From positions 1 to 64,000 of the forward strand of contig OZ245046.1 in NCBI GenBank assembly GCA_965224245.1: DNA of 64,000 nt, written 5' to 3'. Under the pieces are notes generated by a model. That model was not told the origin of the DNA. It worked only from the letters and a program-made list of their open reading frames with translations, and did not search any database. The stretch's first letter is position 1. Every line of letters begins with the position of its first letter. Source of the DNA: Candidatus Eiseniibacteriota bacterium. GTDB lineage: Bacteria > Eisenbacteria > RBG-16-71-46 > CAZAMP01. This document shows positions 11,907 to 22,046 of this stretch, in pieces. The translations under genes and the position numbers were made by a program.

Positions 11907-14213
11907 TCACCTCGTCAACACGAGCCGGCGCGAGGCCGTGACACCCGACTCCGTCTCGAGCCGGATGACGTACACGCCGGGTGCCACACGACGATCCCTG
12001 TCGTCTCGGCCGTCCCATCGCGCGGCGTGTCGTCCGGTCGCGACGTTGCGGGGCTCGACGAGATGACGCACGAGCCGTCCGGTCGCGTCGAAGACCGCGA
12101 CCTCGGCGAGACCCGGTCCGGTGACGTCGAACGTGACGGTGGTGGATCCCGAGAACGGGTTCGGGTGAGCGGCGAGAATCGCGGGGACCACTGCCGACGA
12201 TGGGGGCGCCGGAGCGACGAGAAGAGGACATTCGGCGGTGTCCAGGCGGTACGTGACCACCCCGTCGCCGCCACCGAGGTGACCGACGGCGAGTACCTCG
12301 TCGATCAGGGACACGGCCCAGCCGAAATGATCCAGTGTCGGCTCCTCGAGCTTCGTGAGCGGCGCCCAGGATACACCGTCGAACTGGAATGCGTAGGCCG
12401 CCCCTGCATTGTAGTCGCCGGCCACGAGGAGATCTCCGTAGAAGTCCATTTCCCAGGCGAAGCCTGCGAGGTCCGACGCGGCGTCCCATGCGGAGAGCGT
12501 CGTCGAATGGATCCACTCGACGCCGTCATGCCGGTAGAGCTGGCAGCGTCCGGGGCCGTCCGCGGTGGTGAACTCCGAGATCGCCATGCGCGTGTTCGCC
12601 TGGCCGGAGGTGTCGATGACGATGTCGTCACCGAAGCTGATCGACGGCTCCGGTGGCAGGATCTCCTGCGTCTGGCTCCAGCTCGCGGTGGCTCCGTACT
12701 CGAAGACCCAGGCCGCTCCCCAGCTTCCGTCGTCGATCTGTGCGCCCCAGTCCGTCACCGCGATCGTCAGGCTCTTCCCGATGTCGACGCTCTGACCGAA
12801 CGCCCCGAGGGACAGGATCTGCGGTCCCGGCGTGGGCGCCAGGTCGTCGACGTGCTCGATGGAGGCGCCCGTGTCCCGATAGATCGCAACGTGCGAGTCC
12901 TCGCCAGCCGTGGCACCGATGGCGAAGTAGAAGTCGTTGACCAGGTCCATCGCGAAGCCCCAGCAGGACACGGGCGACATGGTCTCCGGCGGCGGCAGTC
13001 GCGTTCGCTGGGCCCAGGTCGCACCGTCGAGCTCGAAGACGTAGACGGCTGCATCGTCGGTGAAGGCGTTGTTGGCCACGAGTGCGAGGTCCGAACCGAT
13101 GACGACCCGAGACCCGAACTGCGCGCTGGGCGCGGGATCGGAGGGGAAGAGCTTCTGCTCCAGATTCCAGTCGGTCCCATCCCAGCGATGGACGTAGGCT
13201 GCACCGGCAAGCGATCCGTTGTCGTCGTGATCGGGTGCACCGGTGATCATGACGTATGAGTCACTGATGGGGTCGAAGCCAACGTCGACTGCGGCGTAAC
13301 CGAATCGGCCCGGATCCGGCGGCTCGACGACATCCTCGACACAGACGTGGCAGGGCTGGGTCGTGATCTGGATCGAGACGTCTCTCGGCTGTCCGGCGGC
13401 GTAGAACACCGGCTGAGGCTGCTCGCCCGCGAGCGTCGCGAACCAGACCTGGCCGCCGTCGCTTGCTCCCGTGCTCCAGTACAGCCAGCCCTCGGACGAG
13501 TCCACCTCGATGTAGCGCGGGCTTTCGAGGCCGTCGAGGACCCGCGTTCTCGTCCCGTCGACGAGCGAGATGCGCCAGATCTCTCCAGCCAGCCACTCGG
13601 TCCAGTAGAGGTAGCGGGCGTCCTCGTCCAGCGCGAGGTCCCAGGGCGAGTCCAAGCCGGGCACCACGGGGAACACGGCCGAGCCATCGAAGTTCGCGGA
13701 GTAGATCACGCCGCCGTCGCGCTCGGCCCAGTAGATCCTCCCGTCCGCCTGATCCAGCTCGATCCCCATCGGATGCGACGAGCTCCCGATCGTCTCGCGT
13801 CCCGTCCCGTCCAGGTTCGAGCGCTGAACCTCGTTGATGTCGATGTCGGTCCAGTAGAGCTTCCCTCCGACCGGATCGATCTCCACCTCGCGGGGGCGTA
13901 GGAGGCCGGTCGTGATGATCGGTACCACGTTCATGCCATCGAGGTCCGCGCGATAGATCGCATCCGCGACCTCGTCGGTCCAGTACACGTGGCCGGCAGC
14001 GGGATCCAGCGCAAGGCCGAAGGGCGCAGAGAGCCCGGTGACGATCTCGGTCATGTCCGAGGGGTTGCCGGTCTGGGCGAACACGATGGCGTCGAGATCG
14101 TCGTCCGCCCACCAGATGTATCGCTCCGTGTCGCACGGAGTACCCGCCAGGGTCGCGGTTCCCGACAGCGCGACCATCAGCACGGCGATGGTCAACCGGG
14201 TATGTCTCGCCAT
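11907..14213 (-). CDS. Secreted protein with LDL-receptor class B (YWTD) propeller, FG-GAP-type propeller and FlgD-Ig C-terminal domain
   Basis: YWTD/YWAE/YWTE/YWST repeats, then GAP/FG repeats. C-terminus HPNPFS...WDGRDDRD...PGVY...RRLVLTR. GGAGG RBS. Confidence 0.9.
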   Translation of the reverse strand: MARHTRLTIAVLMVALSGTATLAGTPCDTERYIWWADDDLDAIVFAQTGNPSDMTEIVTGLSAPFGLALDPAAGHVYWTDEVADAIYRADLDGMNVVPIITTGLLRPREVEIDPVGGKLYWTDIDINEVQRSNLDGTGRETIGSSSHPMGIELDQADGRIYWAERDGGVIYSANFDGSAVFPVVPGLDSPWDLALDEDARYLYWTEWLAGEIWRISLVDGTRTRVLDGLESPRYIEVDSSEGWLYWSTGASDGGQVWFATLAGEQPQPVFYAAGQPRDVSIQITTQPCHVCVEDVVEPPDPGRFGYAAVDVGFDPISDSYVMITGAPDHDDNGSLAGAAYVHRWDGTDWNLEQKLFPSDPAPSAQFGSRVVIGSDLALVANNAFTDDAAVYVFELDGATWAQRTRLPPPETMSPVSCWGFAMDLVNDFYFAIGATAGEDSHVAIYRDTGASIEHVDDLAPTPGPQILSLGAFGQSVDIGKSLTIAVTDWGAQIDDGSWGAAWVFEYGATASWSQTQEILPPEPSISFGDDIVIDTSGQANTRMAISEFTTADGPGRCQLYRHDGVEWIHSTTLSAWDAASDLAGFAWEMDFYGDLLVAGDYNAGAAYAFQFDGVSWAPLTKLEEPTLDHFGWAVSLIDEVLAVGHLGGGDGVVTYRLDTAECPLLVAPAPPSSAVVPAILAAHPNPFSGSTTVTFDVTGPGLAEVAVFDATGRLVRHLVEPRNVATGRHAARWDGRDDRDRRVAPGVYVIRLETESGVTASRRLVLTR

Positions 14214-14616
14214 TCGTTCATCCTCCAGGACGTGCGCAGTGCCGGTCGTGTCCGGAAGTCGGCCGCCTCGTCAGATCGTGTCCGATGCACGTCTGGGCTC
14301 GATCCATGAGGCAGCGGCGTCGTCGAAACGCCGTCGGGACGAAGCTGACTCGACCTGTCCTCGGAGCCGTCCCCGGAGATCGACAGTTCATCCCGGATGG
14401 GTTGCTCTCGCCACTACGCGAGAAGACTCCGGGAAGGCGGTCAGCGAATCCGACGAGTAGGGGTTACACAGGCCAAGTGCCTTGACACCAAGGCTTTGGA
14501 GGTGTGATCGGATCTGGTGGCGTGTGGTGTGGCAGGGGTGACCGGGCGGCGTCGTTCAGGTGACGGAGGCGATCTCGAACGACGTCATTCGGTCCCGGAC
14601 CCGGAACCCGGGTCCA

Positions 14617-16698
14617 CTAGACCTTCTCGACCTCGACGAGTGTGTCGTGAAAGTCGCCGCCGCCACCCAGGTCACTCAGCCCGTCCGCGGTCAGCGCGTT
14701 CGCGGAGGAGCCGTCCGGGCTCAGCGAGGCCCACCATCCCGATGGGATGACGACACAGCCGGGACGACACCGTGTGCCGACCTTCACCCTCAGTCGAATG
14801 CTGCCGCGATCGTTGTACACGCGTACCAGATCGCCGTCACCGAGCGCGCGAACAGAGGCATCGTCGGTGTGAATGTCGAGCAGCGGCTCGCCCTCCGCCT
14901 TCAGATGACGGGAAACGTTCGCATAACTCGAGTTCAAAAAGTGCAGAGTCGATTTCGGAGTCAGCAGACTCAACGGATACCGCGTCGCGAGCGCCATCTC
15001 TCCGGCGGGACTCTCCGGCGCCGGCTCGAAGGTCGGAAGCGGGTCCAATCCGTGAGCGACCAGTGCTTCGGCGTAGAACTCGCATTTCCCGGATGGCGTG
15101 GGAAAGCCGCCTTCCGCAAACGGACGCGGATCCCGCGACAGATCGAGTGCCGCCCACCCGTCCTTCGCCAGCTGCTCGAACGTGATCCCCTTCAGGTACG
15201 GGTGATCGCTCTTCAGCGCGGTGCGTATGAGGCTCTCGTCGGATTCCTGCAGGTAGGGCTCATCGAGACCCAAGTGTGTCGAGAGGCGCCTGAAGAACTC
15301 GGTGTTCGACTTCGCCTCGCCGACCGGGTCGATCGCGGGCTGGTTCAGGGAGAGATAGGTGTGGCCCCACGACCAGTGAAGATCCCAGTGCTCGACCTGC
15401 GTGGTCGCCGGAAACACATAGTCCGCGTGACGTGCCGTGTCCGTGAGAAACTGCTCGATGACGACGGTGAACAGGTCTTCTCGTCGCAGGCCGGTCAGGA
15501 CCCGATTCTGATTCGGGGTGATGGCCGCGGGGTTGCTGTTGTAGACGAACAGGGCCTCGATGGGCGGATCGAGACTCGAGTCGGTCAGAGCCCGACCGAG
15601 CTGGACCATGTTGATGGAACGGATCGACGGATCCTCGAGCTCGGGCATCTCGATCGCTTGATGGTTCAATGCCTCGAAGAAGGGTTGGGCCGTCATGTGA
15701 ACGAGTCCACCCCCTTGCTCTCGCCAGGCTCCCACGAGAGCCGGTAGACAGGCGATCGTGCGCAACGTCATCGCACCGTTCGCGCGATGCTCCATTCCCA
15801 CGAGAGTACGAATCGTGGCCGGGCGGACGGTCGCGTAGGCGCGCGCGAGCTCCACGATCTCGGTGCGGGACAGACCGGTGATCTCCGACACCCGCTCCGG
15901 CGGGTACCCGGCGATCCGGTCACGCAATCGATCGAAGCCGACCGTGTGTTGCGCGATGTACGTCTCGTCGTGCAGGCCCTCGACGACGATGACGTGCATC
16001 ATTCCCAGGGCGAGGGCGGCATCCGTTCCGGGGCGGGGACGCACATGCCAGTCGGCTCGCGCCGCCGTCCGGGTCTCGACCGGGTCGACCACCACGACGG
16101 TGGCTCCGTTCCTTTTCGCCTGGGCGATGAAAGGCCAGAGGTGGAGGTTCGTGACCACGGTGTTCGTGCCCCACAGAACGATGAGCCGACCATGGACGGT
16201 GTCCTCAGGTGCGACTCCGAAGGTCGTTCCCAGTGTGGCCGCGATCCCACTCGCGCTGGCGTTTCCACAGATCGCTCGTTGCAGCCGGGTCGCGCCCAGC
16301 CGGGCGAAGAAACGACGATCGAGCGACGCACCCTGGATCATTCCCTGGGTGCCCATGTAGCTGTAGGGAAGAACCGCCGTCGGATCGTGTCGATCGATGA
16401 TGTGGGTGAGTCTCGACGCGACGTCGCCGAGCGCGTCGTCCCAGCTCACCCGCTCGAAGCGACCCTCACCTTTCGCGCCCACGCGCCTCAGGGGATGGAG
16501 CAGACGCTCCGGGCTGTAGACGCGATCCTCCAGATACCGGTTGACCTTGGCGCAGAGGCCACCTCGCGTGAATGGATGGTTCCCGTCGCCGGCGAGCGTG
16601 ACGGCCTTTCCGTCGTCGACCGTTACATCCCAGGCGCACGTGTCGGGGCAATCGTGAGGGCACACGCCGCGGATCGATCTGAGGATATCGTCTCTCAT
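14617..16698 (-). CDS. Cytoplasmic molybdopterin (bis-MGD) oxidoreductase family protein
   Basis: N-terminal [4Fe-4S] motif CPHDCPDTC...LCAK, PLRRVGAKGEG, TDTARHADYVFPAT and a C-terminal molybdopterin dinucleotide-binding domain. No Tat signal. Confidence 0.93.
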   Translation of the reverse strand: MRDDILRSIRGVCPHDCPDTCAWDVTVDDGKAVTLAGDGNHPFTRGGLCAKVNRYLEDRVYSPERLLHPLRRVGAKGEGRFERVSWDDALGDVASRLTHIIDRHDPTAVLPYSYMGTQGMIQGASLDRRFFARLGATRLQRAICGNASASGIAATLGTTFGVAPEDTVHGRLIVLWGTNTVVTNLHLWPFIAQAKRNGATVVVVDPVETRTAARADWHVRPRPGTDAALALGMMHVIVVEGLHDETYIAQHTVGFDRLRDRIAGYPPERVSEITGLSRTEIVELARAYATVRPATIRTLVGMEHRANGAMTLRTIACLPALVGAWREQGGGLVHMTAQPFFEALNHQAIEMPELEDPSIRSINMVQLGRALTDSSLDPPIEALFVYNSNPAAITPNQNRVLTGLRREDLFTVVIEQFLTDTARHADYVFPATTQVEHWDLHWSWGHTYLSLNQPAIDPVGEAKSNTEFFRRLSTHLGLDEPYLQESDESLIRTALKSDHPYLKGITFEQLAKDGWAALDLSRDPRPFAEGGFPTPSGKCEFYAEALVAHGLDPLPTFEPAPESPAGEMALATRYPLSLLTPKSTLHFLNSSYANVSRHLKAEGEPLLDIHTDDASVRALGDGDLVRVYNDRGSIRLRVKVGTRCRPGCVVIPSGWWASLSPDGSSANALTADGLSDLGGGGDFHDTLVEVEKV

Positions 16699-16865
16699 GA
16701 TGCCAAGAGGAGAGCACAGATGGAGGGTGAGTTCACTCGCTTTGTCGCGGGCGGGCTCATCGCAAGGGACGGATGTCCGGCCCGAGTGTGCGATCTGACC
16801 CGCACTGGACGCACCAGGCGGGTACGTGACCCGACCGACGGCGCCGATGGCTTACCGCGGGTGGT

Positions 16866-17309
16866 TCAGAGCAACACCCCGAGCAGCATCGTCACGTAGA
16901 ACGATCCCGTCGTTGCCGCCTCCGCCGAGAGAAACTGCCGATGTGCGCGGGCGAGCTCCTCGGATGGTGACGCCGAGGATTCCACCACCAGCCGCGTGAA
17001 CCTGGGTTCGATCACCTTGTCGATGAGTGGGCCCATCACCCAGACGAGACCGACGAGGATCAGCTTGGTGATCATCAGGCCGGTGAAGCCTTGACCCAGG
17101 ACCACCATCCAGGCGGCGCCGGAGAGTGTCAGGATTGCCAGCCCGGACACGATCAATCGGGTGACGACCGGGGATACCTGGATGTAGTGAGCGGCGAACG
17201 TGATGTCGCCTCTGCACCGGAGCAGCAGGGCCACTTTCACGGTTGCGGAACCGACCGCCAAGGCGAGACCAATCAGGTGGACGAGTGCCAACAACGCGTG
17301 TGTCGTCAC
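16866..17309 (-). CDS. Small 4-TM membrane protein (DUF2269/CopD-like)
   Basis: Four hydrophobic segments, N-terminal LVHLIG and a KLILV motif. Confidence 0.75.
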   Translation of the reverse strand: MTTHALLALVHLIGLALAVGSATVKVALLLRCRGDITFAAHYIQVSPVVTRLIVSGLAILTLSGAAWMVVLGQGFTGLMITKLILVGLVWVMGPLIDKVIEPRFTRLVVESSASPSEELARAHRQFLSAEAATTGSFYVTMLLGVLL

Positions 17310-17427
17310 GACGAGCCCCCTTTGTGATCACCTGCATGGATGTTGCGCGATCTCACGCTATCCGATGCAAACGAGACGCTGCCGAGCGTCATTCCAACGT
17401 CCCATGGCTCACCTGCCGGGCCAGCTG

Positions 17428-18405
17428 TCAGCGCCGTAGCTCGGCAACCTCTTCCAGCGCTGCCGAGAACTCGTCGACGACTCCGTCGTGCTCCGTCAGC
17501 AGGTGGCCGGCGCCCGGAATGAAGTGAGCCTTGCAGTTCGGGATCGACTCCGCCAACCGCTCGCCCATGGCCCGAGGCACGACGGTATCCGCTTCGCCGT
17601 GCCACAGGTAGACCTGAACACCGATGGCACCGAGGTCGAATCCCCATGACCGGCCGGTCAGCGCCAACGGTCCGTCGTCGGCGTGAGCGTTGCCACCCTG
17701 CCTGTATGCTTCGCGTAGGTCGCGAGCGATGGCCTCGCGGAACGTGTCATCGGCCATCAGCTCCCGGTCCGGCGGCGACATCGCGCGCGTGATGTGGTCG
17801 AGGACGCGATCAGGATCCTTCTCGAACGTTGCCGCGAAGGACACGATCCCTCGCTTGACGAGGCCCGGTGCGATCCGGCCCAGGAGCACCCCGAGTCGGT
17901 TCCCGAGCGACATTCCGCGTGTCGCCCCGCGAAACCCCGCCGGGGACGGCGACGCCAGCAGAAGGGCCGCGGTCACTCGCTCCGGGAGCCGGTACGCGCA
18001 GGCGAGAGCGTGAGGGCCGCCTCCGGAGACACCTGAGACGGTGAACCGCTGCAGGCGGAGGCCATCGGCCAGGGCGGCGACGTCGTCGGCCCAGTCGAGG
18101 AGCGTCCGACCTGGTTTGGGGTCGGAGAGGCCGTAACCCGGGCGCTCGGGAAGAACGAAGCGGACACCGGGGATGCGGCCCAGGGCGTCGCGTTCGGTGA
18201 GAACGAAGCGGGAGCCGGGCGTCCCGTGAAAGAACAGCAGCGGGTGTCCGTCCGCATCCCCGAGCTCCGCGTACCCGAGGCGACGACCGTCGGCGAGCGT
18301 GAGGGTGTGGTCCAGGTTTCCGGCCACGAGTCGAAGACCTCCCGGAATGAGCGTTGCGGCGGTGGAGATTCGCCGAGGGGCTTTGCCTTCCAGGTTGAAC
18401 GACAT
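17428..18405 (-). CDS. Alpha/beta hydrolase
   Basis: FHGTPGS, RPGYGLSD, nucleophile GVSGGG, WHGEAD, GAGH. True start may be slightly downstream. Confidence 0.92.
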   Translation of the reverse strand: MSFNLEGKAPRRISTAATLIPGGLRLVAGNLDHTLTLADGRRLGYAELGDADGHPLLFFHGTPGSRFVLTERDALGRIPGVRFVLPERPGYGLSDPKPGRTLLDWADDVAALADGLRLQRFTVSGVSGGGPHALACAYRLPERVTAALLLASPSPAGFRGATRGMSLGNRLGVLLGRIAPGLVKRGIVSFAATFEKDPDRVLDHITRAMSPPDRELMADDTFREAIARDLREAYRQGGNAHADDGPLALTGRSWGFDLGAIGVQVYLWHGEADTVVPRAMGERLAESIPNCKAHFIPGAGHLLTEHDGVVDEFSAALEEVAELRR

Positions 18406-18881
18406 CGCGCCGCATGTCGTTTCACGATGTGCGGCTCCGTGAGATCCCGGTGCAATCGACGCGCGCCACTACTCGCTCACGCGTTGCTGAAAATGCGTCG
18501 CGACCCGTGGGCTCGGTCGAGTCCCAATTCGTTCGCAACGACCACAGCCATCGTGTGGTCTGGGATGGTGCGCCGAGGACCAGAAGATCGGCGGGCGGTG
18601 TTTACTTCGTCCGGGGTCAGTGGAAGGAACGTCTACGCGACCCCCGCCGCGTGTACTTGCCACAGCGCGACCGAACGTCACGCAGACGCAGCCTCTCCCC
18701 CGAGCGCCGACTGCACGCCCGGGACGTGCCCAGGGGGCCGGCCCATGATCCCACGTCGCGGATCGGTCCGACGGGGCTGGAGACCGGGGCTACCGGAACC
18801 GCACTCGCTCGGCCCGCACGAGATCTCCCGAGCGAGCCGAGCGCAGATGCGCCACATGACGACCGTCGAGGACGGAGAACG

Positions 18882-19673
18882 TCAGCGACAGCATTGTCCA
18901 TTCACGCCGGTGTGCAAGAAATGCCGCTGGAACTCCACGAAATCTGGGAGATCCACCAGTCCGCTGCAATCGAAGTCTCCGCAGTACGCCGGCGTGAGAA
19001 AGAGAGAGCTGAACAACACGAAGTCCGTCAGGTTGACGGTTCCATTCTCGTCCAGATCGGGGCTCCTGTTGCCGGCCGAGGTGGAGCTCACGATGTAGCC
19101 GTCACCAGCCGGGCAGTTCAGGCGGCAGCCCGGACAGAACCTGACGTCGTCGATGTAGAACTCCTGCCCTCCGATGGCAAGGGCGTCGACCACACCGTCG
19201 ATGTGGATGACCCCGCATCCTCCGCCAGTCGGCACGACATTGACGGGCAACCCACCGAGGGCGGCGGGCAGTGACCACACGTCAGGGGCGACGACGCACG
19301 CACCGTTCACCGCGAGGCTCACGGTCCCGCCGTAGTATCCGAAGTGAATGTCCACGCAGGCCGATGGCATCCTCAAGTCGAAGTCGAGGGTGACGTTGTT
19401 GAGCCACATGTCCTGTCCGGTCCGGCAGGCGAGCCCACCGATCTCGACCCGGGCGAACCCACTGGTCACCGGCGGGACACATGGTCCGGGTGTGTAGACG
19501 AAGTCTCCGACTTTCAACGTCACCCCGGGGTCGGCCACGAAGACGTCACCGCTGATGTACGTGCTTCCGGCCGGCAAGTCTTCGAACCGGACGGCCCTGC
19601 AGGGCTGGGCCTCTGCGATCGTGGCTGTTGAAAGAGCGAGCAAGGTGATGCCTGCGAGTAGCTGCTTCTTCAT
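18882..19673 (-). CDS. Secreted Cys-rich protein with C-terminal dockerin-like double EF-hand
   Basis: GGAGG RBS and signal MKKQLLAGITLLALSTATIAEA. C-terminus SPDLDENGTVNLTDFVLF...DFDCSGLVDLPDFVEF. Confidence 0.85.
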   Translation of the reverse strand: MKKQLLAGITLLALSTATIAEAQPCRAVRFEDLPAGSTYISGDVFVADPGVTLKVGDFVYTPGPCVPPVTSGFARVEIGGLACRTGQDMWLNNVTLDFDLRMPSACVDIHFGYYGGTVSLAVNGACVVAPDVWSLPAALGGLPVNVVPTGGGCGVIHIDGVVDALAIGGQEFYIDDVRFCPGCRLNCPAGDGYIVSSTSAGNRSPDLDENGTVNLTDFVLFSSLFLTPAYCGDFDCSGLVDLPDFVEFQRHFLHTGVNGQCCR

Positions 19674-20040
19674 GGGGCGTCCTCCCGGCATTGACGTGTG
19701 GCACGACTGCGAAGCGGATCCTCTCTGCGATCCGAACCAGATTCGGATTCTACCACGGACTCCAATGCTGTTCACCGTCCCGATGGCCATTACCTCGTAG
19801 TGATGTTAGTCGCCGTGGTGTCCGGGAATGTGATCTCGGCAGTTTGCGTGCCGTCACAGACTCGTCGGCTGATCGAATTCGCCTACCTTCAGCTGGCTGC
19901 CGGCCAGCGATTTGGCAGTGGATCGGGACGCTTGCGGACTGTCTTGATCACCACATCTGATTAGAAAACGAGCTGGACCTTGACCGTCAAGATGTCGGGA
20001 GACCGATCAAGCCGGCGCCAGAACAGCCGACCGGCACCGT

Positions 20041-21657
20041 CTACCGCATTCGCACGACCGGCACCGCCGGGTAGCGACCGTGCTCCAGCCGAACGAAATA
20101 GACACCGTTCGGTAGGTCTCGCCCCGCCCGGTCCCGGCCATCCCACACGACGCTGGAGCGGCGCGAGCCGGTCGCTCCCTCGAGCCGGCGGACCTCACGC
20201 CCGAAGACGTCGAACACGCGCACCTCCGCGTCGTCTTCCCCGAGAGGAAGAAGGATGCGTACATGGCTGCGGAACGGGCTTCCGACCGCGCTCAACCCGA
20301 ACGGTTTCGCCGCGCCGCCCGTCGGGGTCGACAGCGGATCCAGCTCGACGAGCATGTAGGCACGATTCGAGCCGTCGTCGCCTGCGAGCGCCGTGCTCAG
20401 AGAACCACACACGAGCAGGATCTCGGTTCCGGACATGCGATGGCGCATGTCCGTGACCACCTGAAGCTGGACCATCGGATCGATCGGAATCGAGAGCAAA
20501 TCCCGCACGTCGTAAGCAGAGAAGTCGCCCGGTGCGTCCTCACGCCACACGCATGCCGTCCGATCACTACCCATTGCGTGAGAGCTCCCGCCGTACGAGA
20601 GTTCGCCCGGCGGCCACGTCCCGCTGTGAACCACGGCGTCGGGGTACCCGGCCAGCGGCATCAGCTCCTGCGTCATCCAGGTCGTTTCCTCGTAGTGGAT
20701 CGAGCCAATCCAGTGGCCTTCGGCCGAGCGAGATCGTCCCGCATACATGGGCGCTTCCCCGGGTGGCGTGCGAACGGTGGCCAGAATGGCACTTCCTCCT
20801 CCGCCCAGGTCGGGGATCACCTCCACTGTCCACTGTTCCCCGGCGTCGCGAAGCCAGCGCACGGCGTGCTCCACGCCATCGCTGTCGATCGCGACGCCGG
20901 CCACGGACAGCGGCATCGCGGTGAGGGCACGTGCTTCACACGGTCGATCCAGAGCCAGCGGAGGAAGCGGCACGACGGACCACGCACCCGCCGGTCCGGG
21001 TCGGGACCACACGACGGCTCTCCGGAGACCGCCGGCGTCACTCGACCACCCGACGAACATCTCGTTGCCATCGACCTCGGCACCGGCGAACTCCTCGCCC
21101 TGCTGACCGCCGATGTGGGGAAGCACGTCGACCCACCAGGGGCCCTCACCGAACCGGCCCCACACCAGCGGCATGACCTCCCCCGTGCCGTACCGGATCA
21201 CGCCGGCGACTCGATCGTATCCATCGTAGCTGTAGCCGCAGCGGGCTTCCTCTGTCTTGTCGACCTCGTCGGGCATGAACTCGGGGAGCAAGGTGAAGGA
21301 GCTCGCAGGAGCGTCATTGAGATTCATGTTCCAGATTCCCGCCAAAGGCTTGCCGAGGTACCGGTGTCCCGCCAGGCCGGAAACAGCGTCCACGTCGAAC
21401 CCGGCGTCGCGGCCGTCATCCCGTTCACTGATCGGGTGCTTGAAGAGACCCGCCTGCCCGACGATCCGGATGACCATCCCGGGTGGCTCATCGATGAACC
21501 CGTGACCCCAGGCGGCCTCGATGCCGGTAGATTCGTTGGGATCGAAGATCGGATCGGTGAGGTCGATGGGGTCGAAGATGATGATCTGTGCATGCGCGAC
21601 TCCAGCTGGGACGCCGGCTGCAAGCAGGATCATCGCCAGTGTGTTGACCGTCGTCAT
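20041..21657 (-). CDS. Secreted beta-repeat protein with FlgD-Ig C-terminal domain
   Basis: AAGGAG RBS and signal ending VAHA. Repeated AVxW units (HAF-repeat-like). C-terminus VFDVFGREVR...WDGRDRAG...NGVYF. Confidence 0.85.
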   Translation of the reverse strand: MTTVNTLAMILLAAGVPAGVAHAQIIIFDPIDLTDPIFDPNESTGIEAAWGHGFIDEPPGMVIRIVGQAGLFKHPISERDDGRDAGFDVDAVSGLAGHRYLGKPLAGIWNMNLNDAPASSFTLLPEFMPDEVDKTEEARCGYSYDGYDRVAGVIRYGTGEVMPLVWGRFGEGPWWVDVLPHIGGQQGEEFAGAEVDGNEMFVGWSSDAGGLRRAVVWSRPGPAGAWSVVPLPPLALDRPCEARALTAMPLSVAGVAIDSDGVEHAVRWLRDAGEQWTVEVIPDLGGGGSAILATVRTPPGEAPMYAGRSRSAEGHWIGSIHYEETTWMTQELMPLAGYPDAVVHSGTWPPGELSYGGSSHAMGSDRTACVWREDAPGDFSAYDVRDLLSIPIDPMVQLQVVTDMRHRMSGTEILLVCGSLSTALAGDDGSNRAYMLVELDPLSTPTGGAAKPFGLSAVGSPFRSHVRILLPLGEDDAEVRVFDVFGREVRRLEGATGSRRSSVVWDGRDRAGRDLPNGVYFVRLEHGRYPAVPVVRMR

Positions 21658-22046
21658 GTCGCACTCCTTCCCGTGTAAGGCCCCGATCGGCAGAGGGCTC
21701 GTCGTGGCTCTGGCGAGGGGTCACTCCACGACGAGCAACCGACGTGTCTCCGTGAGCTCGCGCAGTTCGAGATGGCGGCCGTGCAGGTCGTCCGAGATGT
21801 GCCCCGTGCTCGGTGCGCGCGTCTCACTGGACCGCGTACGCACCCGGAGACGGGTGGCGGCGTGCACGTGGACCGCTCCACTGAGACAGGCGGGATCAGG
21901 ATCGCCCGTGTGCAAACGCCGCGAGCCGGTGTCGCTGCGCGACGAGCTCGACCAGACGCGGAGGGGACCACGGGCGATCCTTGTAAATCAATGCCTGGTA
22001 ATGCGGTAGGCTCCCGGCGCTTCCAGGCAGCCGTGCTCGCACGCCT

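Noticed and set aside
11826-16899. Plus-strand ORFs 11826-13259, 14560-15747 and 15787-16899
   Set aside because: Antisense to well-supported minus-strand genes and lacking recognisable motifs.
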